DNA of 64,000 nucleotides from NCBI GenBank assembly GCA_964035575.1, contig OZ037833.1, positions 930,001-994,000 of the forward strand, written 5' to 3'. Source of the stretch: Rhynchopus sp. YZ270_cl-10. Taxonomy: Eukaryota. Of the stretch, positions 1-10,365 are shown piece by piece. The position numbers were made by a program, and so were the translations under genes. How positions within the stretch are numbered: position 1 is the stretch's first letter; every line of letters begins with the position of its first letter. The notes beneath the pieces are model-generated. The model had not been told where the DNA came from. It did not search any database and saw nothing but the letters and a program-made list of their open reading frames with translations.

Positions 1-3000
1 GTGGGTCACTGATCAGAGGCTTCAGCTTCACCTCTGCGTTCTCGTCCGCAAACGTGTGTGAAGCGTAGCGACGCACAACCACACCGAACACAGTAACGTC
101 CTCGTCACGCAGCTTTTGCTGGCCCTCCAGCAGCGAGTCCTTGTAGCGGCGCTTCCAGTTCCTGTCCTTCCCCCACCACCTCCCGCACCCGTTCGAGCAC
201 GCGTCACCGTCGTAGTCCGTCAGTCCTCCGTCCGCAATGATCACAACAACGTGGGTTCTGTACGCCGGGCTCTGTGTATCAAGGAAGGTGTGGTCTGCCA
301 CGTCGTTCAGTGCGTCGTGCAGGTACGTCCAGTGTGCCTGGTAGTGTGCCTCGTGCCAGTCCAGGTCCCCAAACAGCTCGTCACGACGTCCCGAGAGCAG
401 CCCGTCCGTGCAGGCACCAATGGCGCAGCCTGACGGGTGGTCCTCGTCCGGGCGTGCGTCTGCCTTCGCGAACTGGATGAAGGTCACACGCATTCCGGGT
501 GTGTTCTGCGGGATGGTTGCACCCACAGTGTGGTCGGTGCCCGTCAGCGGCACAGTCTTGACCCAGTCACGCATCATCTCAATCAGCCCGTAGAAGCCGT
601 GTGCGTGTGAACCAAACCTGCGCCGCATCGAACCAGACCCGTCAATGAGGAAGGCAATGTCCATGTCCGGGCACGCGTCAAAGTGTGGCGACGTGCACGC
701 AGACTGCGCACCGGCGTGGTGCCAGGCACAGTCGGGGTCCTCCTGGCAGTCGCACCGTGCACCGTGCTTCTCACATGTCTTCGGCACACACACGTTGGCG
801 GCGTTGAACATGCACTTCGCATCGGCGTCACACGGCATCTGTGTGTCCCACTTCGCACACTCGGTCTTCTTGCACTTCTCTGGCACCGTCGACGTGTCCA
901 TGTGGCACTTCGGGTTTGCGTCGCACTCCTTCTCGTCGGGAAGCTTCACACACTCGTCCTCAATGCACACGCCGTTCTTCCACTCACACACGTCGTCCTT
1001 CTCACACACATCCTGGTTCGTGTGGAGGCACTCCTTCGGCTTGCAGAAGCCCACCAGAGTGGCGGGAGGGCCTGTGGGGAGAATGCCACTTGCTGGTTTC
1101 CACTCGCAGTCCTTTTCGGCTTCACACTTGCCCTTGGCGTCGTGCAGACACTTCTGCACGGTGCAGGTGTCGTTCTTCGAGAAGAGGCAGACGTCCAGCT
1201 TGCAGTAGTCTGGGTCTGATGCTGGCGGTGTGCATGGTGTCGGCACTGTCACGTCCACATCGTGGCATGCGTCTGCCCCCGTCTTGTCCACACACGGGTT
1301 GTCGACACAGGCGTCCTTCCCCCACACAACGTCCCACAGACAGTTCTTGTCGTCCTTGCACTTGGCCAGGTCCTTCTCTCTGCAGGTCTCCTTCTCCGTG
1401 CACACGGAGTCTGTCGACGACCACGTGCACGTGGGGTCCGTCTTGCAGGTGTTCTCTTCGCAGTTCGCGTAGCACTTCGAGTCGACACACGCGCTTGACT
1501 CCCAGTTGCACCCCTTGTCCAACTTGCAGGCCTGCTTGTTGTCAAACTGCTTGCACCCAGTCTCGCGCTTCACGGCCTTCCCGAAGATGCTGTTCGGGTC
1601 GCATATAGTCTTCAGCATCTTGTTCTGGATGTCGTCAAGCATCAGGTTCATGAAGTGCTCGGATGCGGGCTCCGTCACAAGCGGTGTCAGCTTCGTCTGC
1701 GCGTTGTCGTCCTGGAAGGTGTGCTTTGCGTAGCGGCGGATCACCACCCCAAGCACGAGCACGTTCTCTGCGCGGAGCTTCTTCTGTGCTTCGTCAAGCG
1801 ACGTTCTGTACGCAGAGCGCCAGCTTCTGTCGCGGCACCACCCGTTGCAGGCTCCACCGCAGCACGCATCACCGTCGTAGTCCGTCAGCCCTCCGTCCGC
1901 AAAGATAATCACAACGTGGTCCCTCCACGACGGGCTGTTTGCTGGGAGGAATGTCGTGTCCGCCACGTCGTTCAGTGCGTCGTGCAGGTACGTCCAGTGG
2001 CGCTGGTAGTTGTTCTCATGCCACGTGATATCCCCCTGGAGCTCGTCTCTGCGTCCCGAAAGCAGTCCATCCGTGCAGGCACCAACCGCACAGTTCATCG
2101 GGTGGTCCTCATCAGGACGGGCATTCGCCTTCGAGAACTGGATGAACGTCATGCGCAGGCCCATCCCCTTTGAGGTGATGCTTGCACCCTTCGTGTGGTC
2201 GTCCCCCGTCAGCGGCACAGTAATCATCCAGTCACGCAGGATCTCCATCAGCCCGTAGAAGCCGTGTTTGTGGCGTCCGAAGGAACGCGACATCGAACCA
2301 GACCCATCCAGCACAAAGGCAATGTCCAGGTCCGGGCACGTGTCGTACACAGTCGCAACACACTTCGCGCTCCCCTGTCCGTGGTGCCATTTGCAGTCTG
2401 CGTCCTTCTCGCAGTCGCACTTGAGGTCGTGCTTCTCACAGGTCTTCGGCACGCAGACGTCAACTCCGTTGACATTCGTCCACATGCATTCCCCGTCGGC
2501 GTCGCAGGGCTGCTGGGTGCCGTGCTTCGCACAGACGGTCTCCTTGCAGACCTGGGGGTCCTGCGTCAGGTCCATGTGGCACTTCGGGTCGTGGTCGCAA
2601 TCCTTCTCGTCTTTGTGCTTCGCACATTCGGTCTCAACACACTTCCCGCCGTCCCACTTGCACGCATCGTCCTTTGTGCACAGCGTCTGGTCTGTTGTAA
2701 GGCAGCGCTTCTTGTTGCAGAAGCCGACGAGGTCGGATGTGGAGACAGGTGCGGGGGGTGTTGTTGTTGGCGGCACCCACTCGCAGGTGGGGTCCTTTGT
2801 CTCGCAGCGTCCCTGTGTGTCCTCGAGGCACTCCTGCACTTCGCATTTGTCGTTGGGTGCAACGTGGCACGCATCCAGCTTGCAGAAGTCCGGGTCCCCC
2901 GCAGGCGGCGAGCACGGGTCGGGGATGGTTGTACCCACTGCAGCGCATGTGTCCTTCTTCACATCCAGACACGGGTTGTCGACACAGCCATCCTTCGCCC

Positions 3001-6000
3001 ACACCGGATCCCACAGACAGGTCGCGTCCGCCTTGCAGTCCACTGCAGTCTTCTTCGCCACACAGCCAGGGTCCTCCACGCACATCTTCCCCGTCCACGC
3101 GCATTTCACAGGCGCGTTTGCCTTGCACACAGCCTCAGAGCAGTGCTGGTAGCACGTCGAATCAGCACACACCTTGTTGTCCCAGTGGCATGCATGGTCG
3201 GCCTTGCAGTCCGCCTCCAACAGGTTCCCCGCACACTCCGGCCCCTTTGTCACAAGGGACTTCCCAAACTTGCTGTTCGGGTCGCACAGTTTCGTCAGAA
3301 CAGCAGTCGGGATCTCGTCAAGCATCAGGTTCATGAAGTGCTCGTCCTTCGGCTCCGTGACAAGCGGTGTCAGCTTCCGCTCTGCGTTGTCGTCCTGGAA
3401 GGTGTGCTGCGAGAACCGGCGCATCACAATACCAAACACAGTGACCTCCTCCTTGCGCAGCTTCTCCTGCGCAGTCTCGAGGGTCGTCTTGTATGACGAA
3501 CGCCACGACCTGTCACGGCACCGCCCGTTGCAGCCTCCATTGCAGCACGCATCACCATCGTAGTCCGTCAGCCCTCCATCCGCAATGATGATCACAACGT
3601 GGTCCCTCCACGACGGGCTGTTTGCTGGGAGGAATGTCGTGTCCGCCACGTCCAGCAGTGCGTCGTGCAGGTACGTCCAGTGTGCCTGGTAGTTGTTCTC
3701 ATGCCACGTGATATCCCCCTGGAGCTCGTCTCTGCGTCCCGAAAGCAATCCGTCCGTGCAGGCACCAATGGCACAGTTCGTTGGGTGGTCCTCAGCAGGA
3801 CGGGCATTCGCCTTCGAGAACTGGATGAAGGTGATACGGAACCCGGTGTCGCGCTTCGCTCCGGCACCCACAGTGTGGTCGTCCCCCGTCAGCGGCACAG
3901 TCATCATCCAGTCACGCAGGATCTCCATCAGCCCGTAGAAGCCGTGTCTGTGGCGTCCGAAGGAACGCCTCATGGAGCCAGACCCGTCCAGCACAAAGGC
4001 AATGTCCAGGTCCGGGCAGTTGCTGTAGCGTGGTGAGGCGCAGAAGGAGCCTTTGGGGCCATGGTGCCAGGCACAGTCAGGGTCCTCGTCGCAGGGGCAC
4101 TTGTCGTCGTGCTTGTCACACGTCTTGAGGATGCACACGTCTGCCCCGCCCATGTGTGCGGCCATGCACTTCGTGTCCGCATCGCAGGTGCTGTTTGTCA
4201 GGTACTGTGCACAGTCCGTCTCCTTGCAGACCTGGGGGTCCTGCGTCAGGTCCATGTGGCACTTCGGGTCCTGGTCACAGTCCTTCTCGTCTCTGTGCTT
4301 CGCACATTCGGTCTCAACACACTTCCCGCCGTCCCAGTTGCACGCATCGTCCTTTGTGCACAGCGTCTGGTCTGTTGTTAGGCAGCGCTTCTTGTCGCAG
4401 AAGCCGACGAGGTCGGACGTGGGGCCGGCAGGGAGGGTTGCTGGCGGCACCCACTCGCAGGTGGGGTCCTTTGTCTCGCAGCGGCCCTGTGTGTCCTCAA
4501 GACACTCGGTGATCTCGCATTTGTTGTCCTTTGTGTAGGTACAGGTCTGCAGGTCGCAGTAGTCTGGGTCACCTGCGGGTGCCACACAGGCAGGCATGGG
4601 CTGCACGTGGGCGTCGCACGCGACCTGCCCATCCACCTTCAGACACGGGTTGTCAACACAGCCGTTCTTCGCCCACACTGCGTCCCACACACAGTTCGGG
4701 TTCCCCTTGCACGCAACATCGGTCTTCAGGTCCTTGCAGCCCGGGGGCTTCAGGTCGCATCTGTCACCTGACCAGAGACACGCAGTGTTCGCAGCACACT
4801 TCGCTGCGTCGCACAGAGGGAAGCACGCAGACTCCCCACAGCTGCCCAACGCCGAGTCCCACTGGCACGTCGCGTCCTTCTCACAGGTGTCCTGTGTCGC
4901 CTTCGCAGGGCACGCGCTGTCCGCAGTGGGCTTCGCAACGGCCTTACCAAACAAACTGTTCGGGTCGCACATTTTCGTCAGAACAGCAGTCGGGATCTCG
5001 TCAAGCATCAGGTTCATGAAGTGCTCGTCCGTGGGCTCCGTGACAAGCGGTGTCAGCTTCGCCTGCGCGTTGTCGTCCTGGAAGGTGTGCTTTGCGTAGC
5101 GGCGCATCACAATACCAAGCACAATGACATCCTCCGCACGCAGCTTCGCCTGCGCAGTCTCGAGGGTCGTCTTGTAGGAAGGTCTCCAGTAGGGGTCGAT
5201 GCAGCGCCTGTCGCCACACGCCCACGGGCAGCACGCGTCACCGTTCAGATCCGTGATACCTCCGTCAGCAATGATGATCACAACGTGCTCTCTCCACGAC
5301 GGGCTTTGTGATATAGTGAACGTGTTGTCTGCCACATCGTTCAGTGCGTCGTGCAGGTACGTCCAGTGGCGCTGGTAGTTGTTCTCATGCCACGTGATAT
5401 CCCCGTGGAGCTCGTCTCTGCGTCCCGACAGGTGTCCGTCCGTGCAGGCACCAACCGCACAGTTCGTCGGGTGGTCCTCATCAGGACGGGCATTCGCCTT
5501 CGAGAACTGGATGAAGGTGATACGGAACCCCTTCCCCTTCGAGTCGATGTTTGCACCCTTCGTGTGGTCGTCTCCCGTCAGCGGCACAGTCATCATCCAG
5601 TCACGCATGATCTCCATCAGCCCGTAGAAGCCGTGTCTGTGGCGTCCGAAGGAACGCGACATCGAACCAGACCCGTCCAGCACAAAGGCAATGTCCAGGT
5701 CCGGGCATGCGTCGTACAGAGGGTCCACACAGTAGCTCCCCGAGGCTCCGATGTGCCACTTGCAGTCCGGGTCGTCTGTGCAGGCACACCTTTGGGGTGG
5801 GGTGTTGTGCTTGTCACAGGTCTTTGGCACGCACACCTTCGACGCATCCCACATGCATGCCTTGTCGAGGTGGCAGTTCGCAGCAGACGTCACTGCACTG
5901 CACGCTGTTGCCTTGCACAGCGACGCACCCACGTCGTAGTGGCAGCTCAGGTCGTGGTCGCAGTCCTTCTCGTCCGCATGGTGCGCGCAGTTTGTCATCG

Positions 6001-6505
6001 CACACTTGCTCCCACTCCACGCACACCCGTTCTGCGCCTTGCACGCAGTCTGCCCTGCCAGACCCACACAGTGGTCCTCCATGCAGTAAGCCAACTGCTG
6101 TGCCTTTGGCAGCTTTGCGATGTCTGCGTCTGTCATGCCAGCCGGTGCCTCCCATGTGCAGTGCCCGGTGCTTGCAAGGCACGAAGCCTTGTCAAAGTGC
6201 ATGCAGTGCTGAACGTGGCAGCTGGGCGTCGCCAGGCTGTCGTATGTGCAGGCATCGATCGTGCAGAAGTCGTCGTTCCCCTGAGAGTTCTGGCAGGGAA
6301 CAGGCATCGTCACTGCAGACGCATCGCACGCAGTCTGCCCCAACTGCATCCTGCAGGGGTCCTCCGCACAAAGGTTCGGGTACCACGCAGGGTTCCACAG
6401 ACACGTAACGTCTTCACTGCACAGGTCCTGCGTCGCATGATTGCACAGAGCCTGGCATTGCACCACTGCTGCTATCAATAACGCACCTCGTGCGAGCGAG
6501 CCCAT
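1..6505 (-). CDS. Large secreted Cys-rich protein with at least four von Willebrand A domains (3' end outside window)
   Basis: ATG at 6505 gives MGSLARGALLIAAVVQCQALCNHATQDLC (signal-peptide-like). The same frame reads ...VTVFGVVVRRYASHTFADENAEVKLKPLISDP at the window edge. Four units with DIAF(L/V)xDGSGSM (MIDAS DxSxS) near 635, 2300, 3980 and 5670, each followed by WTYLHDAL and an IADGG-type motif and separated by Cys-rich repeats. Not in the ORF track because it has no stop in the window. Confidence 0.9.
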   Translation of the reverse strand, partial: MGSLARGALLIAAVVQCQALCNHATQDLCSEDVTCLWNPAWYPNLCAEDPCRMQLGQTACDASAVTMPVPCQNSQGNDDFCTIDACTYDSLATPSCHVQHCMHFDKASCLASTGHCTWEAPAGMTDADIAKLPKAQQLAYCMEDHCVGLAGQTACKAQNGCAWSGSKCAMTNCAHHADEKDCDHDLSCHYDVGASLCKATACSAVTSAANCHLDKACMWDASKVCVPKTCDKHNTPPQRCACTDDPDCKWHIGASGSYCVDPLYDACPDLDIAFVLDGSGSMSRSFGRHRHGFYGLMEIMRDWMMTVPLTGDDHTKGANIDSKGKGFRITFIQFSKANARPDEDHPTNCAVGACTDGHLSGRRDELHGDITWHENNYQRHWTYLHDALNDVADNTFTISQSPSWREHVVIIIADGGITDLNGDACCPWACGDRRCIDPYWRPSYKTTLETAQAKLRAEDVIVLGIVMRRYAKHTFQDDNAQAKLTPLVTEPTDEHFMNLMLDEIPTAVLTKMCDPNSLFGKAVAKPTADSACPAKATQDTCEKDATCQWDSALGSCGESACFPLCDAAKCAANTACLWSGDRCDLKPPGCKDLKTDVACKGNPNCVWDAVWAKNGCVDNPCLKVDGQVACDAHVQPMPACVAPAGDPDYCDLQTCTYTKDNKCEITECLEDTQGRCETKDPTCEWVPPATLPAGPTSDLVGFCDKKRCLTTDQTLCTKDDACNWDGGKCVETECAKHRDEKDCDQDPKCHMDLTQDPQVCKETDCAQYLTNSTCDADTKCMAAHMGGADVCILKTCDKHDDKCPCDEDPDCAWHHGPKGSFCASPRYSNCPDLDIAFVLDGSGSMRRSFGRHRHGFYGLMEILRDWMMTVPLTGDDHTVGAGAKRDTGFRITFIQFSKANARPAEDHPTNCAIGACTDGLLSGRRDELQGDITWHENNYQAHWTYLHDALLDVADTTFLPANSPSWRDHVVIIIADGGLTDYDGDACCNGGCNGRCRDRSWRSSYKTTLETAQEKLRKEEVTVFGIVMRRFSQHTFQDDNAERKLTPLVTEPKDEHFMNLMLDEIPTAVLTKLCDPNSKFGKSLVTKGPECAGNLLEADCKADHACHWDNKVCADSTCYQHCSEAVCKANAPVKCAWTGKMCVEDPGCVAKKTAVDCKADATCLWDPVWAKDGCVDNPCLDVKKDTCAAVGTTIPDPCSPPAGDPDFCKLDACHVAPNDKCEVQECLEDTQGRCETKDPTCEWVPPTTTPPAPVSTSDLVGFCNKKRCLTTDQTLCTKDDACKWDGGKCVETECAKHKDEKDCDHDPKCHMDLTQDPQVCKETVCAKHGTQQPCDADGECMWTNVNGVDVCVPKTCEKHDLKCDCEKDADCKWHHGQGSAKCVATVYDTCPDLDIAFVLDGSGSMSRSFGRHKHGFYGLMEILRDWMITVPLTGDDHTKGASITSKGMGLRMTFIQFSKANARPDEDHPMNCAVGACTDGLLSGRRDELQGDITWHENNYQRHWTYLHDALNDVADTTFLPANSPSWRDHVVIIFADGGLTDYDGDACCGGACNGWCRDRSWRSAYRTSLDEAQKKLRAENVLVLGVVIRRYAKHTFQDDNAQTKLTPLVTEPASEHFMNLMLDDIQNKMLKTICDPNSIFGKAVKRETGCKQFDNKQACKLDKGCNWESSACVDSKCYANCEENTCKTDPTCTWSSTDSVCTEKETCREKDLAKCKDDKNCLWDVVWGKDACVDNPCVDKTGADACHDVDVTVPTPCTPPASDPDYCKLDVCLFSKNDTCTVQKCLHDAKGKCEAEKDCEWKPASGILPTGPPATLVGFCKPKECLHTNQDVCEKDDVCEWKNGVCIEDECVKLPDEKECDANPKCHMDTSTVPEKCKKTECAKWDTQMPCDADAKCMFNAANVCVPKTCEKHGARCDCQEDPDCAWHHAGAQSACTSPHFDACPDMDIAFLIDGSGSMRRRFGSHAHGFYGLIEMMRDWVKTVPLTGTDHTVGATIPQNTPGMRVTFIQFAKADARPDEDHPSGCAIGACTDGLLSGRRDELFGDLDWHEAHYQAHWTYLHDALNDVADHTFLDTQSPAYRTHVVVIIADGGLTDYDGDACSNGCGRWWGKDRNWKRRYKDSLLEGQQKLRDEDVTVFGVVVRRYASHTFADENAEVKLKPLISDP

Positions 6506-7496
6506 TATGAAGGAAACAACAACTCTCTCTTTTTTTCAGGTTTTCTCTTCTTTTTACGAGTTGTAAATCGAGGGGTGTGTATTCACTGCGATGGAGGTGG
6601 ATGGATGAGGAGGGGGGAGATGTGAAGAGAACGTGGCTACACGGCATCATGCGACTCTGACACATCTGTACGAAAGAGAATATTTTCGATAAAGTGAAAA
6701 CACCTCACCGTACACAGGCAGACGCAGGCATTTGGCTCTACGCGGGTTATCGAACCCCCAAGAGAGCACTTCATTATGGCATGCACACGGTTACCACAAC
6801 ACGGGCCGCATAAGAAAGCAACTCGACGTACCAGACAGATGTAGGCCACCTCCTCCCTTCAGAAACCCGCTATAAACGGTGTGGCTGAGCAACACTGCCA
6901 AAAATTAAAATTTATCTATTTTAAAGCCCCATTCGTCTTTTGTTTAGGTTCAGGTTTGACACATAATTTGAGGAATAACCCCGTTGGATAATAAACACTG
7001 TTTGCCATGTTGTCAACCTTCAACAACTTTTTTTTTGCTGTTAAAAAAGGGAAGCGGTGAGCTGGCTAGCCTTTAGCCGCTTCAAAAAAAAAAGGGGGGT
7101 AAATCTATTCCGCTTGATCAGATCTCGACCGTTCGCTACATTGCACGCTTCGTTAGTACCACATTTGCCACTAAGGGTTCTCTGTAAAAAGACCCCCTTG
7201 AGCAGGCGTTTTCCCCCCCTCCACAACACCGCTACCACCTGCAACTAGATCGGTTGTTCCAACATACGCCCTGCCACTAATCATCTGACCACACACAGCG
7301 CACTACCACACGGGGTCTTCCCCTTTGTTGAAGGGAGGAAAATAGGATGATCATAGGGAATTCTGGGGGTAAAAAAAAAAGAATCATTGGACAGTGGTCT
7401 TGCATAATTCCGAAGAATTAAGAAGAGTCCGACACAGTCCGAATTACTCCCAGGCAGTACACCAACGAAGTGATCTGAGAGAGAGAAAAAAAAGAG

Positions 7497-7575
7497 AAGT
7501 TGAAAGTGCAAACGTCTCACCGTTCAAATTGGCGGACTCAGGCACTGCTTCTCCGCGGGTTATCGAACCCCAGAA
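7497..7575. repeat. Dispersed family A, representative copy
   Basis: Consensus GAAGTTGAAAGTGCAAACGCCTCACCGT...GCAGGCACTG..CTCCGCGGGTTATCGAACCCC. About 15 full or partial copies. Confidence 0.85.
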
Positions 7576-7683
7576 TACCCTATGCTAAAAAATGAAGCAG
7601 AAATTTTAATTTGTTATCTTCTTCTGGGAGGGGAGACCGTGGGGTGGGGGGCAGGGAGGGCCCAAGTTCCTCCCATTACTCCC

Positions 7684-8811
7684 CTAGGAGCGTTTCCTTT
7701 TGCTCCTCCGACGACTTCTGCGGTTTCCTGTCTCGTTGTTTAATTCCTCTATTTTCTCTGCCTCTTCCAAGGACCAGTCAGAGAGCTTCTTTTGATAGGA
7801 TCGCTTGAACTTAGGCCATTTCATACACCCGGATCTTTGTGTGTAAATGATTCTTGCCGCAGTGCTTTCAGGGCCCAGAATACGTATGCTGTAAATATCA
7901 GTCAATATGAGATGAAGACGTTCCATGTCACGGTCGTTATGTGGAGGCGGGAGGATTGAGAAAGTATAGAGGAAATAGTCAAGGGTTTCAAGCACATGGG
8001 CGCCTTCGGCCTCGAGGTCATTGCGGCTGCTCTCAGGTGCCAACGCCTCTCTAGTTCGAATCGACTCTAACAGTCTCGTTCTCATCTGCTCGCGAAGGCT
8101 GATGATGTGGACATAAGGGTACCAATCAAGGGCGCAAAACGGGTAAAAAGAAGGGGGTAGAGCAGTGAAGATGTGCTCCTTCATCAGAGCCATTGCTTGC
8201 GCGTCGGTAAGGGCGCGGAGGGAGGGGTGCTGCCAGCAGGACTGCTGTTGAACCTGTGGCTGCATCTGGTACTGCACCATCGGCTGAGCCTGCGGGTGCG
8301 TCTGTTGTTGCTGTTGCACCTGCTGTTGCACCTGCTGTTGCGCCTGCTGTTGCGCCTGCTGTTGTTGCTGTGGTACTTGCTGTTGCGGCACCTGGTACTG
8401 TTGCACCCCCTGTTGTTGCTGTGGCACCTGTTGCAGTTGCAGCTGCTGTGCGCCCTCTGGATGCTGCCCTGCCTGTGATGCTACTACCGGTGCCAAGTGA
8501 CCCGCCACCTCGTCAGGCACCTCGTAGATCCATGCACAAACTGGGCAGGTGAAGTCGTAGTCAAGGTTCATCACGAAGTCTCTCGCGAGGACGGCCGAAC
8601 GGAGTTTAGCAACAATGCAGTCAGCATGAGCACTGTGCCCACAGATGTAACAATGGCTTCTGTCGTGGAATTTGAAGCACGAGGGGAAGACGCAATCCAT
8701 CTGCTCCTTAGCCGGCTGTGCTGGTGCCCTCACAGCTTCCACACATAGCCAGTCTACCATGTCCACATCAAACGTGTCTCGCGACCGACCCTCATGCACA
8801 TTGTGAAGCAT
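7684..8811 (-). CDS. PHD/RING-like zinc finger, Gln-rich protein (375 aa)
   Basis: Intact ORF. C-x4-C...C-x2-C-x4-H-x2-C...C-x2-C pattern (C4HC3), a poly-Q/QV linker and a basic C-terminal tail RRSRRRSKRKRS. Confidence 0.65.
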   Translation of the reverse strand: MLHNVHEGRSRDTFDVDMVDWLCVEAVRAPAQPAKEQMDCVFPSCFKFHDRSHCYICGHSAHADCIVAKLRSAVLARDFVMNLDYDFTCPVCAWIYEVPDEVAGHLAPVVASQAGQHPEGAQQLQLQQVPQQQQGVQQYQVPQQQVPQQQQQAQQQAQQQVQQQVQQQQQTHPQAQPMVQYQMQPQVQQQSCWQHPSLRALTDAQAMALMKEHIFTALPPSFYPFCALDWYPYVHIISLREQMRTRLLESIRTREALAPESSRNDLEAEGAHVLETLDYFLYTFSILPPPHNDRDMERLHLILTDIYSIRILGPESTAARIIYTQRSGCMKWPKFKRSYQKKLSDWSLEEAEKIEELNNETGNRRSRRRSKRKRS

Positions 8812-9719
8812 GTGTCTGTATTTTTCTTATTTTTCTTTCTATTTTTAACGACAACGTTGAGTAATTGTTGCCTCCTTCTGTGAGTGTTAATTGAATTGGG
8901 GTCGGGGGGAGCAGCAAAGGGCACTGAAAAGGAAACAATGAACATTACAAGAAGAAAAAAAAGAGTGTAAATATTACTCAATTCCAATCATTCGATCCGC
9001 AAGAGCCCGGTCCTCGGTGTATATTATTAATTCTGACAACTGCGTTGTTGTCTGCGAAACAAAAATTTGAAAGATGTGCCACGATGCCCCGTTGATGTGT
9101 GATACCTACTACGCCAACTAGTATAATCTTCTCTGAACTCCCGAACAGAGCACCTCTCTTATTTACGTTCATGGAACAGCAATTCCGAAAGCAGCATACA
9201 CCTATCTCCAAGAGAGCCTGGGAGGAACTAGCTTCGCTGCGTCACGAACTTCATGTTGCACAGACTTCGAGTGAAACTAGAAGAGGTTGTGCAAAATGCA
9301 CAAAAGTCAATCAGAGCATTGTTTCAGAAATATTCAAAAAAAAAATTTCTGGAAGGCCACGGTACATCAGTCTCGAAGAAACATCGAAGAAGCGAACACA
9401 CATTTGAGACACCCGAATGGAGAGTTCGGCAGAAACAGCGTTTTTTCAAGAGAAAAAAAAAAAAAAAACAGAGGAAATAAGCAAGAAGATAGAGGTGGGG
9501 GATAGGCAATCGATGCAATCTCTATTTTTCTGTATTTTCTGATACTAGGAAACTTCCATGACTGAGGGGGAAGAGGTGTGCATGCGAGCCCTCAAGTTTT
9601 TGAGGCGTTGGGTGAACGTTGCATTGTTTTTTTTTAAATTTTTTTTTTGATTATTTTATTGAAATGACAATCTGTCCGAATACGGGTTCTGTACAAACAA
9701 AGCCACCCGAAGGGAATTC

Positions 9720-9900
9720 CCCCCGCTCTTAGGAACTAGCCACCACTGCTTTTCAACACACATACGCAAGGTTCCTACACAATGCGCATAAACAATAAAC
9801 CCCTTTTACGGGAAATAAGCCAAGAACGCACCCACACACATTTGTGCCATGCTTCGCTCTTAGGAACTACTCACACCTGCTCTTCAAGCATCACACAATG
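9720..9900. repeat. ~180-bp element with internal direct repeats, near-identical copy at 34939-35118
   Basis: CGCTCTTAGGAACTA occurs twice per copy. The two copies differ by only a few bases. Confidence 0.85.
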
Positions 9901-10328
9901 CCCTCACAGAATAATAGAAAGAAAGCTAAACAGCTTCGGTACTGACAAAAAAAAAAATATCAGTTTTTTTTTTTTTTTTTTTGAAAAGTTCGACAGTTCG
10001 AAAAGCACATCCATGATTTCAATGCAACACACGCCACAACCACACGCCATTTTTTCAAAAAATGAAAAAATTAAATAAAAAAATGTTCGACAGCAAAGAT
10101 GCTCTTGAAATCAGCCCGACATTCCACACAAAAGAATACAACAGAAAAAAACAAAAAAAAAAAAAACAAAAAAAAATCACACAAATGAATAGGCGCCCTC
10201 GCTGAGAGCAGACAAGACTCGCAGAGTTCACCCAGGGAGGACGATCGATCCAGGAGGGCACTTCATTGATGTTCACGCGAGAGGGAAAAGCTGGTCTACA
10301 CCAGACGCAGCTTTCAAGGTTTCTTTTT

Positions 10329-10365
<37 letters not shown>

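Noticed and set aside
116..6481. Many long plus-strand ORFs
   Set aside because: Antisense shadows of the GC-rich vWA gene.
7545..7575. tRNA gene at the GGTTCGA motif
   Set aside because: No cloverleaf, A-box or anticodon arm recognisable.
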